A stretch of DNA of 64,000 nucleotides from an uncultured delta proteobacterium (GTDB lineage: Bacteria; Desulfobacterota; Desulfuromonadia; Desulfuromonadales; BM103), in NCBI GenBank assembly GCA_963825615.1, contig CAWGTV010000002.1, positions 29,520 to 93,519 of the forward strand, in the 5' to 3' direction. The notes beneath the pieces were generated by a model. That model did not search any database. It worked only from the letters and a program-made list of their open reading frames with translations, and was not told the origin of the DNA. This document shows, piece after piece, positions 29,831 to 39,125 of the stretch (position 1 is the stretch's first letter; every line of letters starts with the position of its first letter). A program made the position numbers and the translations under genes.

Positions 29831-29852
29831 TTTCGTGATCTTCTGCTGACGG

Positions 29853-30316
29853 TCAGCGGCTCATGCCGAACATGGCCCGGTAGTCTTCTTCCACCAGTTC
29901 CAGATGGTTGTGAGTTGAGGTGGCGTTGGCAAGGTAGACCCGGGCGATGTCAGGGTTATCTATCTTGGCGGCCATCTCGCGCAGACTTTTTTCCAGAGCA
30001 TCTTCCTGTTCAATAGCCAGTTCGAGTGCTTTGCGCTCATCAAAATCCTGAACCAGGAGGCTTGCAGGTTTTTCCACCAGGACGATTCCGTGTTGGGCGG
30101 TGCGTTCATGAATTCCTGGAAGGAAGGGATATCGTCCCCGGGGTAAATTCTGTAGAAGGATTCAGCATGTTGATACTCTTCCCGGGCAAGAATTTCGAAT
30201 GTCTGTCTTGCCTTATCCTCCGCCATACGTTCGGCACCGTACTTGTAGTAATCCATGGCGTCTTTTTCAGTCTGGATGGAGTCCTTGATCGCCTTTTGCA
30301 CGTCAATGATTCCCAT
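29853..30316 (-). pseudogene. Ferritin-like/rubrerythrin-family diiron protein (no rubredoxin domain), one frame change
   Basis: The N-terminal half MGIIDVQKAIKDSIQTEKDAMDYY...LAREEYQHAE and the C-terminal half EKPASLLVQDFDERKALELAIEQEDALEK...THNHLELVEEDY are in two frames. They join at the T5/A5 run at 30069-30073. Confidence 0.6.
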
Positions 30317-30664
30317 GATTGTAAGCCTCCTCTGCTTCCTGATTTCTACTCAAAATTTAACCGGGCATATTCATAACACATTTTAAGGAACAGGTCTTGC
30401 TTTTTCTTCTCGCAGGGGCCGAGTTTCTTCTCTTGCGGATTGAGCAAAAGCCTCTGTTTATATGTTTTTTGTCATTATAAGATTGCAGTTATCTTTGCCT
30501 GTCGGCATCTGTGATCAGGTTATTTCGGCAGCAAATGATGCGAAATAACGGTATCTCGTCGCTTTGGCGAGGCATCGGGTCGGCCGGCAGTCATGAGTGT
30601 GATAGCCTGTTATGCTAAAACTTGTTAGCTTGACGGCAGTTATTTTACCGCAGAGGTCCTGGTG

Positions 30665-31408
30665 ATGCTCTTTCTTGGTTCTGGGTGGGCATCTCTCTCT
30701 CAGCTACTGCTGTTGCGCATTGATGCTTTACGATGAAGCTCATGGCCATCCTTACCGTATAGGCAATAGTGACCCACTGGACCTATCTGACCTGGCCGCA
30801 CTTTACCGGTCCAACGGTTTTCAGGTCGCAAGCAATGTCGAGATCTTCACCCGGGAGACACTGTCCCCGGTTGACGCCCTGATCATCTCCGGATTCTTCC
30901 TGCCACTCACCGAGAGCGAGCTTGCAGTCGTGCTTGACTTCGTCAATGCCGTTGGCGGGTTGGCCATCGTGCTCCACATCGCGCTTCCCGTACGCGACCT
31001 GCGGCATCATCTCAAGGTCGTTTTTACCAGCGGTCCCCTGCGTGAGACAAACCAACTCATCAATGGCAACTCTCTCGATTTCAAGGTCGCCAATCTGGCT
31101 GACCACCCATTGACTTCAGGCATGGCGTGCTTTTCAGTTTACGGAGCCCAAGCACTGCGTGGTACGGACCCTCACACCAGATGCTGGCTGTGACCAGCCA
31201 GTATGGCTGGGTTGACCTTGACCATGACAGCCAACTTTCTCAAAGGGATGCTGTCCAACCGTTCGGGGTCATGGTTGCCGTAGAAATTGGGCAAAGCTGT
31301 TTCGTTGTTGTCGGCGACGATGCGCTTTTCCAGAACCGTTTTTTCGTTGCGGACAATCGCCAGTTGGCACTTCATTTGGTGGACTGGCTTGGTCCCCGGC
31401 AACGTTAG
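30665..31408 (+). pseudogene. DUF4350-like protein (secreted/periplasmic?), at least one frame change
   Basis: The two track ORFs 30675-31193 and 31127-31408 join as ...HPLTSGMACFSVYGAQAL... / ...FGVMVAVEIGQSCFVVVGDDALFQNRF...LVDWL. This is the DUF4350 pattern as I recall it. A signal-peptide-like MLFL... ATG at 30665 lies in a third frame. Confidence 0.4.
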
Positions 31409-31420
31409 AGCCTAGACACG

Positions 31421-31463
31421 CAACGCAAAAAAAGGCAACCGAATGGCTGCCTTTTTTGCGTTG
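31421..31463. terminator. Bidirectional terminator hairpin
   Basis: CAACGCAAAAAAAGGCAACC-GAAT-GGCTGCCTTTTTTGCGTTG sits between the convergent DUF4350-like and PilZ genes. Confidence 0.5.
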
Positions 31464-31481
31464 TCGTTGGTGCTGCCGGAT

Positions 31482-31841
31482 TCAGTCACTGAGCCAGGCG
31501 GACAATTCGCTGCGTGTCGCCTCGGCGTCTCCTGTATTGAGTTCAATCAATTTGCGCAGATGCGTCAGGGTCTCGAGGTTCTCGCTGATGAATTTGAAAC
31601 CGTATTGACACCCTTCAAAGTGCCTGAGTTCTGCCTGAAACTCTAATGATATCGGTGTCCCCGGCAGGGTAATGCAGAGGCTGCATTTGCTCCCAATCTC
31701 CAGGGGGAGCGGCGCAGAAGTCCCAATCATTGCGCCCTTCATGGCAACTTCGAGCAGTTCCGCCGACCAGTCGTTCTGACCGTCATTCAGGGTGACTTCG
31801 GCTACAAATGGAATTCTGCGGAAACGGCGGGTTTGCATCAA
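31482..31841 (-). CDS. PilZ-domain protein
   Basis: 119 aa. N-terminal RRFRRIP (RxxxR) and a downstream beta-barrel-like region. The second PilZ motif is degenerate. Confidence 0.55.
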   Translation of the reverse strand: MMQTRRFRRIPFVAEVTLNDGQNDWSAELLEVAMKGAMIGTSAPLPLEIGSKCSLCITLPGTPISLEFQAELRHFEGCQYGFKFISENLETLTHLRKLIELNTGDAEATRSELSAWLSD

Positions 31842-31939
31842 TGACCTCTTTCGATTAATGGTGTGTTCGGCTCTGCAATGGATTCCGCGATCTTATCGGC
31901 ATTTTAACTCAGAATGATGGCCAGGCAAGCAGCCATTCG

Positions 31940-32563
31940 CTAAAGTGTTCCTGGAGGCTTGTCCGCCAAGCCGAACTCCTGGCCGCATAAAGCGAAAAAA
32001 TTACGCATCAGCCGATAAGTTATCCCCCAGAGCAGAGGGCCCTGTGGGCCCAGAAGTTCAACCACGGGATGAGTCCGCTCTGCACCACGATAATAAAAGC
32101 TCCTGTGCTGCTGTCGTTCAGGCTCCAGCAGTTTCACGAGTGGGCACCAGAAAGTTTTGGCGACCTCGTGGTTAGGCTGCAGTTCAGCGGGGTGCAGAAG
32201 CTGATAGACAAAGCATGACACCAGGACCGGCATGATGGCCCCGTAGAGATCATCCAACCGGCCGAGATAGCTGCTCTGGCCGAGGTCAAGAGCCAGCTCT
32301 TCACGGGTTTCCCGCTCGGCGGCCTGCTGCGGCAGTTCGCCTGACGGATTTAGCCGGCCGCCTGGGAAGCCGATGTTTCCCGACCAGGGGTCATGGTCAT
32401 GCTCAGCCCGGACAATAAAGAGGACCTCCGGTGACAGCGGCCCCTCCCTGAGGAGCAAGGCAACAGCAGCGTGGCCACGGTCAACGGGCGCCAGTATCTC
32501 GGCGCGATGATTGGCGAGACATTGGGTGATGTCCGGTAGGTGGATTGTTCTGGTAGTGGTCAT
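31940..32563 (-). CDS. Nudix hydrolase, CoA-pyrophosphatase-like
   Basis: Nudix box GFPGGRLNPSGELPQQAAERETREELAL. The ATG overlaps the VWA stop (ATGA). Confidence 0.75.
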   Translation of the reverse strand: MTTTRTIHLPDITQCLANHRAEILAPVDRGHAAVALLLREGPLSPEVLFIVRAEHDHDPWSGNIGFPGGRLNPSGELPQQAAERETREELALDLGQSSYLGRLDDLYGAIMPVLVSCFVYQLLHPAELQPNHEVAKTFWCPLVKLLEPERQQHRSFYYRGAERTHPVVELLGPQGPLLWGITYRLMRNFFALCGQEFGLADKPPGTL

Positions 32564-33378
32564 GACGTTGGCAAGGGTCCTGATCCTTCGATGAGTTGCA
32601 GCACCTCTCCGCTGCGCAGTTCGTGAATCTGCTGGTATACGCTGCCGAGAGCTTGTGCCAGTCGCGGCATGAGGCTCAGATGATTGTAGCTCGCATTGGT
32701 GTCGATAATCAGCGCCCGAATCTTCTCCTGGTGCATCTGCCTGGCTATGCTGAGCACTTCTTCGGTCGGGTCTCCCCCGTTTTCTAAAGCAACGGTTGCC
32801 TCTCCATCGGATAGGAGCACCATCAAGGGTTCTACTGCCGGACTTTTGATCCTGGCCTGTAGAATCAACTGGCGAGCCTTCTTCAAACCCGCTGCCAGTG
32901 GAGTCGCCCCGCCGATGGGTAGGCTTTGCAACTGCTGCCTAAGCTTTGTCACACTGTTTGTGGGCGGAACCACGATCTGGGCCTCCCGGTCGCGGAAGGT
33001 CACCAGGCAGACCTGGTCCCGGTTCAGATACGCATTTGCCGCTAATGCGATACTGGCGCCAAGGGCCGCCGAGATCCGTGCTGTTGGGCCGTCACCCATG
33101 GAGTCCGAGGTGTCGATGACAAACACCACCAAACGGCGCGACTGACGGCTGCGTACCTGCAGGTGCAGGTCCTCCTCCGTCAGACGCAGCCCCGGGTGCG
33201 ACCCGGGAGACCTCACCTGGCGAATAATCGCATGATTCAGTGTCCTGCCCAGGTCGAGCGGGATGCAGGGCTCGCCCGGCTGCCATTGGCGGGTGCCGAT
33301 GCGCCGTCCGTTGGCTGCCGCCCTGGCAGGGCCAAGTCCCTGGCCACGTTTGGGCCTGGGTTGAGGGGTTTTCAACAA
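32560..33378 (-). CDS. von Willebrand factor A domain protein (ChlD/BchD C-terminal-like), possibly the C-terminal half of a fusion with the upstream AAA+
   Basis: MIDAS motif VVFVIDTSDSMG. The only in-frame start is TTG with no SD. The frame is open upstream through the A11 tract. Confidence 0.7.
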   Translation of the reverse strand: MLKTPQPRPKRGQGLGPARAAANGRRIGTRQWQPGEPCIPLDLGRTLNHAIIRQVRSPGSHPGLRLTEEDLHLQVRSRQSRRLVVFVIDTSDSMGDGPTARISAALGASIALAANAYLNRDQVCLVTFRDREAQIVVPPTNSVTKLRQQLQSLPIGGATPLAAGLKKARQLILQARIKSPAVEPLMVLLSDGEATVALENGGDPTEEVLSIARQMHQEKIRALIIDTNASYNHLSLMPRLAQALGSVYQQIHELRSGEVLQLIEGSGPLPTS

Positions 33379-33389
33379 CGCGTTGTGAC

Positions 33390-34587
33390 TCAGGTCGAGG
33401 GAGTTGTCGGCACAGTAGAAACGGTCTTCATTTTTTTTTTTAGGTAAGTGAATAACATGCTGCCTGCAGCGGCAGCTCCGGGAAAGTCCATATTGTCCAT
33501 CAGCGGCAGCTCTTCATGGTCTGCAACGACAGCGTTCTGGTATTGAACAGCGCCTTCCCCGGAGAGCTGATCAGCCAACAACCCGGCAATCTTTCCGTCA
33601 ATCTCTGCCGGCGTTAGAAACGCAGGCCCCGGGAAGCGATGGGCCAGGGCAAAACCGGCAACCTCGGCTAAGGTCGGCCTGGGTGACACGGTCGCGTTCA
33701 AGCAATGCCGCCAGCGCTCTGGCGGCGCGGACCAGGGCCAACTCCGCCCTGTGTCCCTGGGCCTTGGCCGCGGTGGCAATGGCAACGGCCCGCTCGACGA
33801 TCTCGTCCGGAAGCGCCACCTCTTCGAGACGCGCCCTGGCGGTGATAAGTTGTTGCCGTAATGCCATGTCATGTTCGTGGTAAGCAAGGCAAAAGCTCTG
33901 CGGATCACGATCATAAGCGAGGCGACGCATGACAATTTCACGTCGCAGCGACAGATCGTCAAGGCCGGAAATCGTAACGCAGAGGCCGAAACGGTCGAGG
34001 AATTGAGGGCGCAGTTCGCCTTCCTCAGGGTTCATGGTGCCGATCAGGATGAAACGTGCGGCGTGGCTGTATTGCAGCCCCTCCCGTTCAACCAGGTTGT
34101 TGCCGGAAACAGCCGTGTCCAGAAGCAGGTCGACCAGATGGTCGGGAAGCAGGTTGACTTCATCGACATAGAGGATACCGCGATGGGCGGCGGCAAGCAG
34201 CCCCGGTTCAAACTGGCGCTGACCGCTTTGCAGGGTGCGTTCGAGGTGCAGAGTCCCGACCAACCGGTCTTCCGTGGTTGAGAGGGGCAAGTCGACAAAT
34301 GGTGTGGCCACCATGTCACGCGGCAGGGCGGTCCCGGTGGTTTGCCGGGCCTGGCAGTCGGTGTGCAGTTCTTCTGGGCGGTCGGGATCGCAGTGGAATG
34401 GACATGCCGAAACAACGCTAATTGATGGCAGCATGGCTGCCAGAGCTCTGGCAGCGGTTGATTTTGCGGTGCCCTTCTGGCCGCGCACCAGAACCCCGCC
34501 GATCGCAGGGTCGACTGCGCTGAGCAGAAGGGCGGTCTGCATGGCCTCCTGGCCGAGAATGGCGGTGAAAGGGTAGGCAGCTGGCAT
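33390..34587 (-). pseudogene. ChlI/BchI-like AAA+ ATPase, frame change near 33655
   Basis: Walker A GQKGTAKS, Walker B ILYVDEVNLL, and sensor regions. After ...RVTQADL the conserved continuation AEVAGFALAHRF... is in the frame of track ORF 33390-33962. Confidence 0.75.
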
Positions 34588-34667
34588 GATCGCTGGGCAA
34601 GCCTCTCGTTAAATGTTCCGTGGTCCAGTATCTCAAGAGCTTTTTGCCGGAGTCAACTCCCCGGGCA

Positions 34668-36488
34668 TCAGTCTGTCGAGTAGTGTTCCTTCTTCTTTTC
34701 CAGTTCCGTAGCGTAACGGGCCAGTACCGCGCGCCGGGTCAGCATGAAAAGCACTTTTTGAGGGTCTTCGTCGTCAACCACCGGAATCTCTTCCAGTCCG
34801 CGACTGGACAACTTGCGCATGACTTCAGTGAGAGCCTCGTCGGGGGTCGTCGTGATCACACGGGATACGGCGATATCACGGGCCAGGACCAGGCTGGGTG
34901 GGAGGTCCTCGGCCAGGATGCGGCGGATATCATTGACCGAGAAGATGGCGGTCATGCGCATTTTCTCGTCGACAACGGGATAATAGGCCCCCTCGGCACT
35001 GGCTATTTTCTCAAGGATTTCCGGCAGGGGCAACCCCTCGGCAATCAGGGTCGGCTTGCGGCCGTGTTCATGCAGATCGGAAACGCGTAGCCCTTCCAGG
35101 ACGTCGACGATGAATTCGCCGAGATGAACCGGTGAATCGATGCGGCTATTGACTTGTTTCTGGTAGATCGAGTTGCGCGGGTAAACGATCATGGCCACGG
35201 TGCAGACCAGCATCAGCGGCGCCAAAAGGCCGTAATTGCCGGTTAGTTCGCTGACCATGATCAGGGTGGCGATCGGCGTGTTGGAGACCCCTGCGAAAAA
35301 CCCGGCCATGCCGATCAGGACATAGGCGCGCGGGTCATGCACCATGGCCGGAAAAAGTGCTTGAGCTGAGGCGCCGAAGGCCCCGCCGAGCATGGCACCG
35401 ATGACCAGGCTGGGGGCGAAGACGCCACCGGAGCCGCCGGAAGAAATCGTCAAGCTGGTGGCGAGGATCTTGGCCAGGGCAACGACCAGCATGACCCAGA
35501 GGGCGACCTTGCCGTAAAGCGCCGCCTGCACCATGCCGTAACCGGAGCCGAGCACCTGGGGGACGACCATGGCCAGCAGGCCGAGCAGGAATCCGCCGAC
35601 TGCAGGTTTGAACATGACTGGGAAATCCCAGAGCTTGAACAGGTGTTGGATCCCGTAGAAACACTTGACATAGAGCTTGCCGAAGAGGGCGCAGGCGATG
35701 CCGAGCAGCACGAAAAAAACCAGTTCACGTGGGTGCTCGAAGCTGAAATGCGGGGTGGCCAGCAGCGGCTTCCAGCCGGTGGTGGCCCCGAACAGGGAGA
35801 AAGCGGTGATCGAGGAGATGATCGCCGGGATCAGTCCCTCATGTTCGAATTCCGGGTTCTTGTAGAGCACTTCGACAGAAAAGAGCGCGCCGCCCAGGGG
35901 GGAGCGGAACGTGGCGCCGATACCGCCGGCCATGCCGGCCAGCAGCAGGATGCGCCGGTCGCTTGAGGTCAGCTTCAGCTTGCTGGCGATAAACGAACCG
36001 AAGCCTGCGCCGATCTGTGCAATCGGACCTTCGCGGCCTGCCGACCCGCCGGTGCCGATGGTCGCAATCGAGGCCAGCCCCTTGATGATCGGCACGCGCC
36101 CCCTGATGATGCCACCCTTGTTGTGAAAGGCATCGATCGCCGCATCCGTGCCATGCCCTTCGGCTTCCGGGGCAAACTTGAAGACCAGGAAGCCGGAGAT
36201 CAAGCCGCCAATGACCGGGACCAGGAAGAGGAACCAGCGGTGATCCATGGCCAGGCTGTTGATCATCTGATCGCCCATGGCCAGCATGGCTTCCGCACCC
36301 TCTCGCGGAGGGTGATAGCCGGCCAGGTTGTTGAGAAACAGGTGCTCGATGCTGTTGGTGGCAAAGAAGAACAGGACGGCGGCGCTGCCGGTGACCAGGC
36401 CGACCACCACACTGAGGATGACTGGGCGCGTCATCAGCCGCCAGTCGAGTTTTTTCAGGTTGTTGAAGAGCAGGTCAAGGTTGGCCAC
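34668..36488 (-). CDS. ClC-family chloride channel/antiporter with C-terminal CBS pair
   Basis: 606 aa. Selectivity motifs GSAGREGP and GGVFAPSL. The C-terminal CBS-like region is ...PVVDEKMRMTAIFSVNDI...IPVVDDED. Confidence 0.85.
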   Translation of the reverse strand: MANLDLLFNNLKKLDWRLMTRPVILSVVVGLVTGSAAVLFFFATNSIEHLFLNNLAGYHPPREGAEAMLAMGDQMINSLAMDHRWFLFLVPVIGGLISGFLVFKFAPEAEGHGTDAAIDAFHNKGGIIRGRVPIIKGLASIATIGTGGSAGREGPIAQIGAGFGSFIASKLKLTSSDRRILLLAGMAGGIGATFRSPLGGALFSVEVLYKNPEFEHEGLIPAIISSITAFSLFGATTGWKPLLATPHFSFEHPRELVFFVLLGIACALFGKLYVKCFYGIQHLFKLWDFPVMFKPAVGGFLLGLLAMVVPQVLGSGYGMVQAALYGKVALWVMLVVALAKILATSLTISSGGSGGVFAPSLVIGAMLGGAFGASAQALFPAMVHDPRAYVLIGMAGFFAGVSNTPIATLIMVSELTGNYGLLAPLMLVCTVAMIVYPRNSIYQKQVNSRIDSPVHLGEFIVDVLEGLRVSDLHEHGRKPTLIAEGLPLPEILEKIASAEGAYYPVVDEKMRMTAIFSVNDIRRILAEDLPPSLVLARDIAVSRVITTTPDEALTEVMRKLSSRGLEEIPVVDDEDPQKVLFMLTRRAVLARYATELEKKKEHYSTD

Positions 36489-36589
36489 GGTTGCTGGGCT
36501 TTATCTTTCGTCAGGTTCTGCCGTTCAATTGGTGGTGGTCCGGAAGGTTGTCCTGCTAGCCGTTGTCGGCCCGGACGACCTGGCTGTGC

Positions 36590-36901
36590 TCAGTAGCTGT
36601 TAAGCCGGGTTTGCAGGACGGCTTTGGTCTCCTCGACCCACTTGGTGTTGATCATCTTGACTTTCTTCAGGTAGCCGGAAGAAATCATCTTGCTGTCTAT
36701 CTTGGTTTTCATGAACGAACAGACCATGAAGTTCGAGTAATCGATGTCTCTCCAGATCTTCTCCTGCATCTCCTGCGGGATCGGGTAGCCCTGCTGCAGT
36801 TGGCTGAGCAGGAAGGCTTTGTGGTCCTCGATTTTTGGTGTCGTATAATTGAGGTAGACCAGGCCGGCAATCAGGACAAAAAGGATCAGACGGTTAAACA
36901 T
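36590..36901 (-). CDS. Small membrane-anchored protein (DUF4359-like)
   Basis: The start is set at MFNRLILFVLIAGLVYLNY (N-terminal TM). The rest is soluble. The family call is from memory only. Confidence 0.4.
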   Translation of the reverse strand: MFNRLILFVLIAGLVYLNYTTPKIEDHKAFLLSQLQQGYPIPQEMQEKIWRDIDYSNFMVCSFMKTKIDSKMISSGYLKKVKMINTKWVEETKAVLQTRLNSY

Positions 36902-37074
36902 GATGCAGAACACTCCTCGGCAATTTTTGATGCACGGGTTAAGATAACGCAAAAAAGTCTTGATGAACAGGTTTCAATCGCCTCTTTTGCCGATAATATG
37001 TGTTTGTATGGTTTTTATGAACCGTTGAGGTCCCCTTCGGAACAGTCGGAAAACTAGTAAGAAAAGGACGCGCC

Positions 37075-38497
37075 ATGCATCAGGCTTTGCTGACAGATCT
37101 CTATGAATTGACCATGCTGGCCGGATACCTGCGCGAAGGGATGCATGAACAGCCTGCGGCGTTCGACCTGTACTTTCGCGAGACACCGTACCAGGGGGGC
37201 TACGCGGTCTTTGCCGGTCTGCAACCGGCCCTGGAGTATCTCTCCACGCTGGCCTTCACCGCTGCCGACCTGCAGTACCTGGCAAGCCTCGACCTGTTCG
37301 ATCAGGCCTTTTTACGTTTTCTGCAAGACTTCCGCTTTCGCGGTCGGGTTACGGCGCCCCGTGAAGGCGAGGTGGTTTTCCCTGGCGAACCTCTCTTGAC
37401 TGTTGAAGGCACCTTGGCGGAGGCCCAGTTTGTTGAAACGGCCCTGCTCAATATCATCAATTTTCAGACTCTGGTTGCAACCAAGGCGGCCCGGCTGACC
37501 CAGGCTGCCCGCGGCAGTGAAGTGATCGAATTCGGCTTGCGTCGTGCCCAGGGGCCTGATGGGGGGATGAGTGTCGCCCGGGCCGCTGCGGTCGGCGGTA
37601 TCCTTGCGACCAGCAACGTCCTGGCCGGGCGTTGTCTCGGCCTGCCGGTCAAAGGGACCCATGCCCACAGCTGGGTGATGGCCTTTGCCGATGAACTGAG
37701 AGCTTTTCGCGCCTATGCGGAATGCTTTCCGGACAGCTGCGTGCTGCTGGTCGATACCTACGACACCCTGACCAGCGGCCTGCCGAACAGCCTGGTTGTG
37801 GCGCGCGAACTGCGCGCGGCCGGTCACGAATTGCTCGGTGTCCGGCTCGATTCCGGAGACCTGGCCTATCTCAGCCGGGAAGCACGGAGAATGTTTGATG
37901 AGGCCGGTTTCCCTGACGTCAAAATCGTCGCTTCGAATGAGCTCGACGAACATGTCATCGATTCAATTCGCAACGAAGGCGGGTGCATCGATATCTTCGG
38001 AGTGGGAACACGCCTGGCAACCTGTGCCGGGCCGGGCGGCGGTGCCCTTGGTGGTGTCTACAAGCTGGTGGAATATGCCGGCCAGCCGCGCATGAAGGTC
38101 ACCAGTGATCCGGCCAAGAGCACCCTGCCGGGGTGTAAACGATGGCTGCGGGCGATCGACGGCGGCGGCCAGTTCGTCATGGATGTCCTCGACCTCAGGG
38201 ATGGACCGGGAGAAGTTTTCGCTGTCGGCCAGGTCGCCAGCGATCCTGCCAATCCGCAACGGCAGAAAACGGTCGCCAAGGGATCCCGTCTAATCGACGT
38301 GTCGGACTGTGGTTATGGATCAGGGGGAGATCTTGCAAGCCGCCCCGACACTGCAGGAAATGGCCGATTACTGTGTCGGGCAATTGCGATGCATGCCCGA
38401 GGGCAGCCTGCGTCTGGTCAACCCGCACATCTACAAGGTCGGCATCAGTCAGCGCCTGCTCAAGCTGAGAAACCAACTGGCCCAGGACTCCGGTTGA
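37075..38497 (+). pseudogene. pncB: Nicotinate phosphoribosyltransferase, one frame change near the C-terminus
   Basis: N-terminus [14 protein letters not shown], plus FGLRRAQG and GTHAHSWVM. The true tail [22 protein letters not shown]...[15 protein letters not shown]...* is track ORF 38309-38497. The change lies near 38295-38310. Confidence 0.8.
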
Positions 38498-38508
38498 TTC
38501 CATCACGG

Positions 38509-38577
38509 GGGTCAGGTCTACACATTTCACTAAAAGTGCACATTATGCAAAAAAAGTGAAATGTGTAGACCTGACCC
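38509..38577. repeat. Perfect 22-bp inverted repeat with a 25-nt loop
   Basis: GGGTCAGGTCTACACATTTCAC (38509-38530) and its exact reverse complement (38556-38577). The repeat fills the gap between the convergent pncB and pncA genes. Confidence 0.8.
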
Positions 38578-39102
38578 TTATCGAGCGACATTTACACCGA
38601 GGACTTCTTCCATCTGCTTCAGGGCGAAAGTCCCATCTTCGGCGGCCAGGTTGGCGACGCAGTCGACGGGGACTGTGACATTGTATCCACGGATCACCGC
38701 GTCGTAGGCAGTGTAGAGGACGCAGATGTTGGTGACGCAGCCGGTCAGAGTCAGGTGGTCGATCTTGAGGCTTTGCAGCAGACCTTCCAGGCCGGTCTGG
38801 TGAAAGCCGGAATAACCGGTTTTTTCGATCACCGAATCCTGCTCTTTTGGAGCCAACTCGCTAATGATCTGAGCCCCTGCGGTGCCACGTACGGCATGTG
38901 GCGGCCAGTTCATGCGGGTGAATTCCGGGTCGTCAGGTGCGTGGGCATCACAGATGTAAATTACTGGCTGTTTTCCGGCCCTGGCTTTGGCCACCTGTGC
39001 CTGGATAGCCTTGATGATCGAACGGGTCTCCGGAACCTCCAGTGGTGCCCCTGGCCTGACGAAATCATTGAGCATATCGATAATCAACAGTGCCTCGGCC
39101 AT
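38578..39102 (-). CDS. pncA: Isochorismatase-family nicotinamidase
   Basis: 174 aa. LLIIDMLNDF and the catalytic Cys context LTGCVTNICV. It is adjacent to pncB. Confidence 0.7.
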   Translation of the reverse strand: MAEALLIIDMLNDFVRPGAPLEVPETRSIIKAIQAQVAKARAGKQPVIYICDAHAPDDPEFTRMNWPPHAVRGTAGAQIISELAPKEQDSVIEKTGYSGFHQTGLEGLLQSLKIDHLTLTGCVTNICVLYTAYDAVIRGYNVTVPVDCVANLAAEDGTFALKQMEEVLGVNVAR

Positions 39103-39125
39103 TATTATCTCCTTTGTCTCTTAAC

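Noticed and set aside
33390-33962. The 190-aa track ORF as an independent gene.
   Set aside because: Only its last ~90 codons look like protein (AEVAGFALAHRF...), and they continue the ChlI-like AAA+ after a frame change. The upstream part is the out-of-frame overlap with that gene.
32560-34587. Reading the ChlI/VWA pair as a genuine magnesium chelatase (bacteriochlorophyll synthesis).
   Set aside because: No H/CobN-type large subunit or any other photosynthesis or cobalamin-aerobic-pathway gene is present in the window. The partners here are a Nudix hydrolase and a PilZ protein, so only the family-level call is kept.
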